Part shown: positions 61,469 through 64,000 of the stretch, in pieces
How the letters are laid out: each line of letters opens with the position of its first letter
Position numbering within the stretch: the first letter of the stretch is position 1
NCBI RefSeq assembly: GCF_006345805.1
Contig: NW_021833239.1
Coordinates: 1-64,000 of the forward strand
DNA: 64,000 nt
Direction: 5' to 3'
Source of the DNA: Octopus sinensis
Taxonomy: Eukaryota
Made by a program: the position numbers and the translations under genes
The notes under the pieces: generated by a model
Told to the model about the DNA's origin: nothing
Databases searched by the model: none
What the model saw: only the letters and a program-made list of their open reading frames with translations

Positions 61469-63027
61469 CTATAATAAATATAAAAAAGATCTTCATTTAT
61501 TTGAAAGAAAATCTGGGCTTAAATTCTGCTTTGTATTTTACTAATTTTTTAAGAATACAAGTACAACACTTGTTAATTGTAAATTATGTAATCTGTTTCG
61601 ATAAGTGTAATTATTTTGAACAGTGAAAAGTGTAAAGTTTCTAGGTCTTTTCTTTAAGTGGGCACCAGAGGAAGATGTAATTGTAGCCTTGCTTGTAAAC
61701 GAGGATAGAAGAAGGAAATACAATAAAGGAAAGCTATTAAGAATAAGGGGACAAATGTAGAGGCCTACATGCAAACCAACAACACATTCGTCTTTCTTCA
61801 TAATTTTGGTATTCTAACTGAATTAAATTCTCTGATCATCATTCCTAATGTAGCTTTCTCTGGAATATATATAATCAAATATAATCAAAATAAGCAACAG
61901 TACGATCGTTTCATGCTACTCCATTTAATTGAACAATGCAATCATTACATCAATTTAAAATGTAGAGCAATCTTCAGCTGCATAAAAATATTAAATTTAA
62001 TTAAACTAGAACAGATGGATACATTAGTATAATTATACCTAAAATCTCCAAGAAGTCAAGGAGATAGACAAAGAACATGTTGTCTCTACTTCAGCATAGA
62101 AGTTACTAAATTTATCAAGAAGACTCTGCTTGCCACTGATTTTTTTGTCTTTATGGGGTCAGTTTTAATTTATAGACTAGTTTATGGTATCTGTGAATAT
62201 TGATTAATTGGTATATACTGGTATTAATAAAGGAGTATTGGGATAAAGGAACATGCCAATTATATATTTATAAAATTTTAATTTAAGCAGTATTTTTTAT
62301 AAGTAGTGAATATACCAGTATATTTTTATATAAGCTAAGTATGAATTTATGGAGATACAAAAATTAGATTAATTTTATAAATAAATAATGGCTTATTATA
62401 AAATAATAAAGAAATAAAATAAAATAATCAAGTAGGGCAGAACACCATAGAAAAGGAAATAAAATGGCTAAATTACTAATACTACGGTAAAGTATATATA
62501 TAGCTTGTTAACACCAATAGAGAAGATTTTTAGAAAAAGTATAATTATTCAAAATATATTAGACTAAAAAATTATATATTTATTTATTTAGCTAATACCA
62601 ATAAAAGACTGATGTTTGGTATCGGCTAAAGGAATATTTAAGTTATGGAACAATCATATTTTACACTAATCTTTTTTTGGAAACTAAGGGTTATATTATA
62701 GGTTTAAGAAGTTATTATTGTTACTCCCTGCATGATATTTATAGTTTCTTAGTGGCACTTGTTTAAAAGGATTATTTATATAAAGCCCCTTATAAATACT
62801 AAAATCATGAGGGTAGAGCCATTTAAGAAAGAGATAAATCAAGTAATTTCTAAAGATCATTTGAAATAATATTGTCATATTGTATAAAGTTAAATTATAG
62901 AAGAATTATAAGAATGAAATTTTAACAAAAGGATAAAACTTTTTGAATATTTCGAGTAGATGCCAACTTTTTACCACAACAGAGGGAGGAAAAGAAAATT
63001 GCAAAGAAATAGTTTAATATTATTTAC

Positions 63028-63448
63028 GTGGCTGTGTGGTAAGTAGCTTGCTTACCAGCCACATGGTTCCGGGTTCAGTCCCACTGCGTGGCACCTTGGG
63101 CAAGTGTCTTCTATAGCCTCGGGCCGACCAAAGCCTTGTGAGTGAATTTGGTAGACGGAAACTGAAAAGAAGCCTGTCGCATATATATATATATATTTTT
63201 TTTTTTTTTAATATATATATATGTATGTATATGTGTGTGCGTGTTTGTGTGTCTGTGTTTGTCCCCCCAACATCGCTTGACAACCGATGCTGGTAGGTTT
63301 ACATCCCCGTTACTTAGCGGTTCGGCAAAAGAGACCGATAGAATAAGTACTAGGCTTACAAAAGAATAAGTCCTGGGGTCGATTTGCTCGACTAAAAGGC
63401 GGTGCTCCAGCATGGCCGCAGTCAAATGACTGAAACAAGTAAAAGAGT
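63028..63448 (+). mobile_element. CORE-type tRNA-derived SINE, full length with an internal microsatellite
   Basis: gtggctgtgtggtaag (A box), ggttccgggttcagtccc (B box), ggcaccttgggcaagtgtctt (CORE-like), tail ...gactgaaacaagtaaaagag. Confidence 0.88.
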
Positions 63449-63697
63449 ATCTAAATATTAATTATTATATGGTTTCTATGGAGATTAATCAACTGGATTT
63501 AACTGGTATTTAATAAGGGTATTTTTTGGATAACACCTTAAACAGTAACTCTAAATTATACAAATTAATGTTGTAGGGCAGGCTGCCTATTCACTGATTT
63601 TCAACTAAGAGCAATAAATTTTAAACTCAAGATCAATAAAGTGCTACATACTAAACCTTATGATATTGCTTATAATAGATCTTGATTTTTTATGACT

Positions 63698-64000
63698 AGG
63701 CGCAGGAGTGGCTGTGTGGTAAGTAGCTTGTTTACCAACCACATGGTTCCGGGTTCAGTCCCACTGTGTGGCACCTTGGGCAAGTGTCTTCTACTATAGC
63801 CTCGGGCCGACCAAAGCCTTGTGAGTGGATTCGGTAGACGGAAACTGAAAAGAAGCCCGTCGTATATATGTATATATATATGTGTGCGTGTATGTTTGTG
63901 TGTCTGTCTTTGTCCACCTAGCATTGCTTGACAACCAATGCTGGTGTGTTTATGTCCCCGTTACTTAGCGGTTCTGCAAAAGAGACCGATAGAATAAGTA
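63698..64000 (+). mobile_element. CORE-type SINE (runs off the window end)
   Basis: Same family as 63028-63448. Confidence 0.88.

Overview
Eukaryotic, AT-rich, intron-dominated genomic DNA. It is most likely octopus, judged from the abundant tRNA-derived SINE families and microsatellite load; this is an inference, not a database result. The host gene content is a rearranged cluster of three SLC38A7 (SNAT7)-like amino-acid transporter copies. Copy B (minus strand) has five in-frame exons with canonical splice sites at 61468-42377, and its 5' exons lie beyond the window. Copy P (plus strand) has intact exons 1-4 at 2116-14186, but its 3' half is inverted, deleted and frameshifted. Copy A (minus strand, 33570-25760) is a pseudogene fragment. 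The introns hold many mobile elements: a decayed full-length Ty3/Gypsy element, a related non-autonomous LTR element, a solo LTR, several Penelope-like retroelement remnants, R4/Dong-like, CR1-like and Tx1-like LINE fragments, a Tc1 with a nested piggyBac-type MITE, a Merlin transposase, a small Helitron, MITEs and SINEs. The most unusual signals are the hammerhead ribozyme motifs tied to Penelope-like sequence. Three carry the compensatory U3-A8 core in place of C3-G8, a short repeat carries a canonical core with a long stem II loop, and a 357-bp foldback is built from two head-to-head hammerheads. A perfect 196-bp-arm palindrome sits on the Merlin promoter, and two NF-kB-type sites present in one Gypsy LTR are missing from the other. 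All alignments were made by eye. Human SLC38A7 comparisons are from memory and need confirming by BLAST or HMM search.
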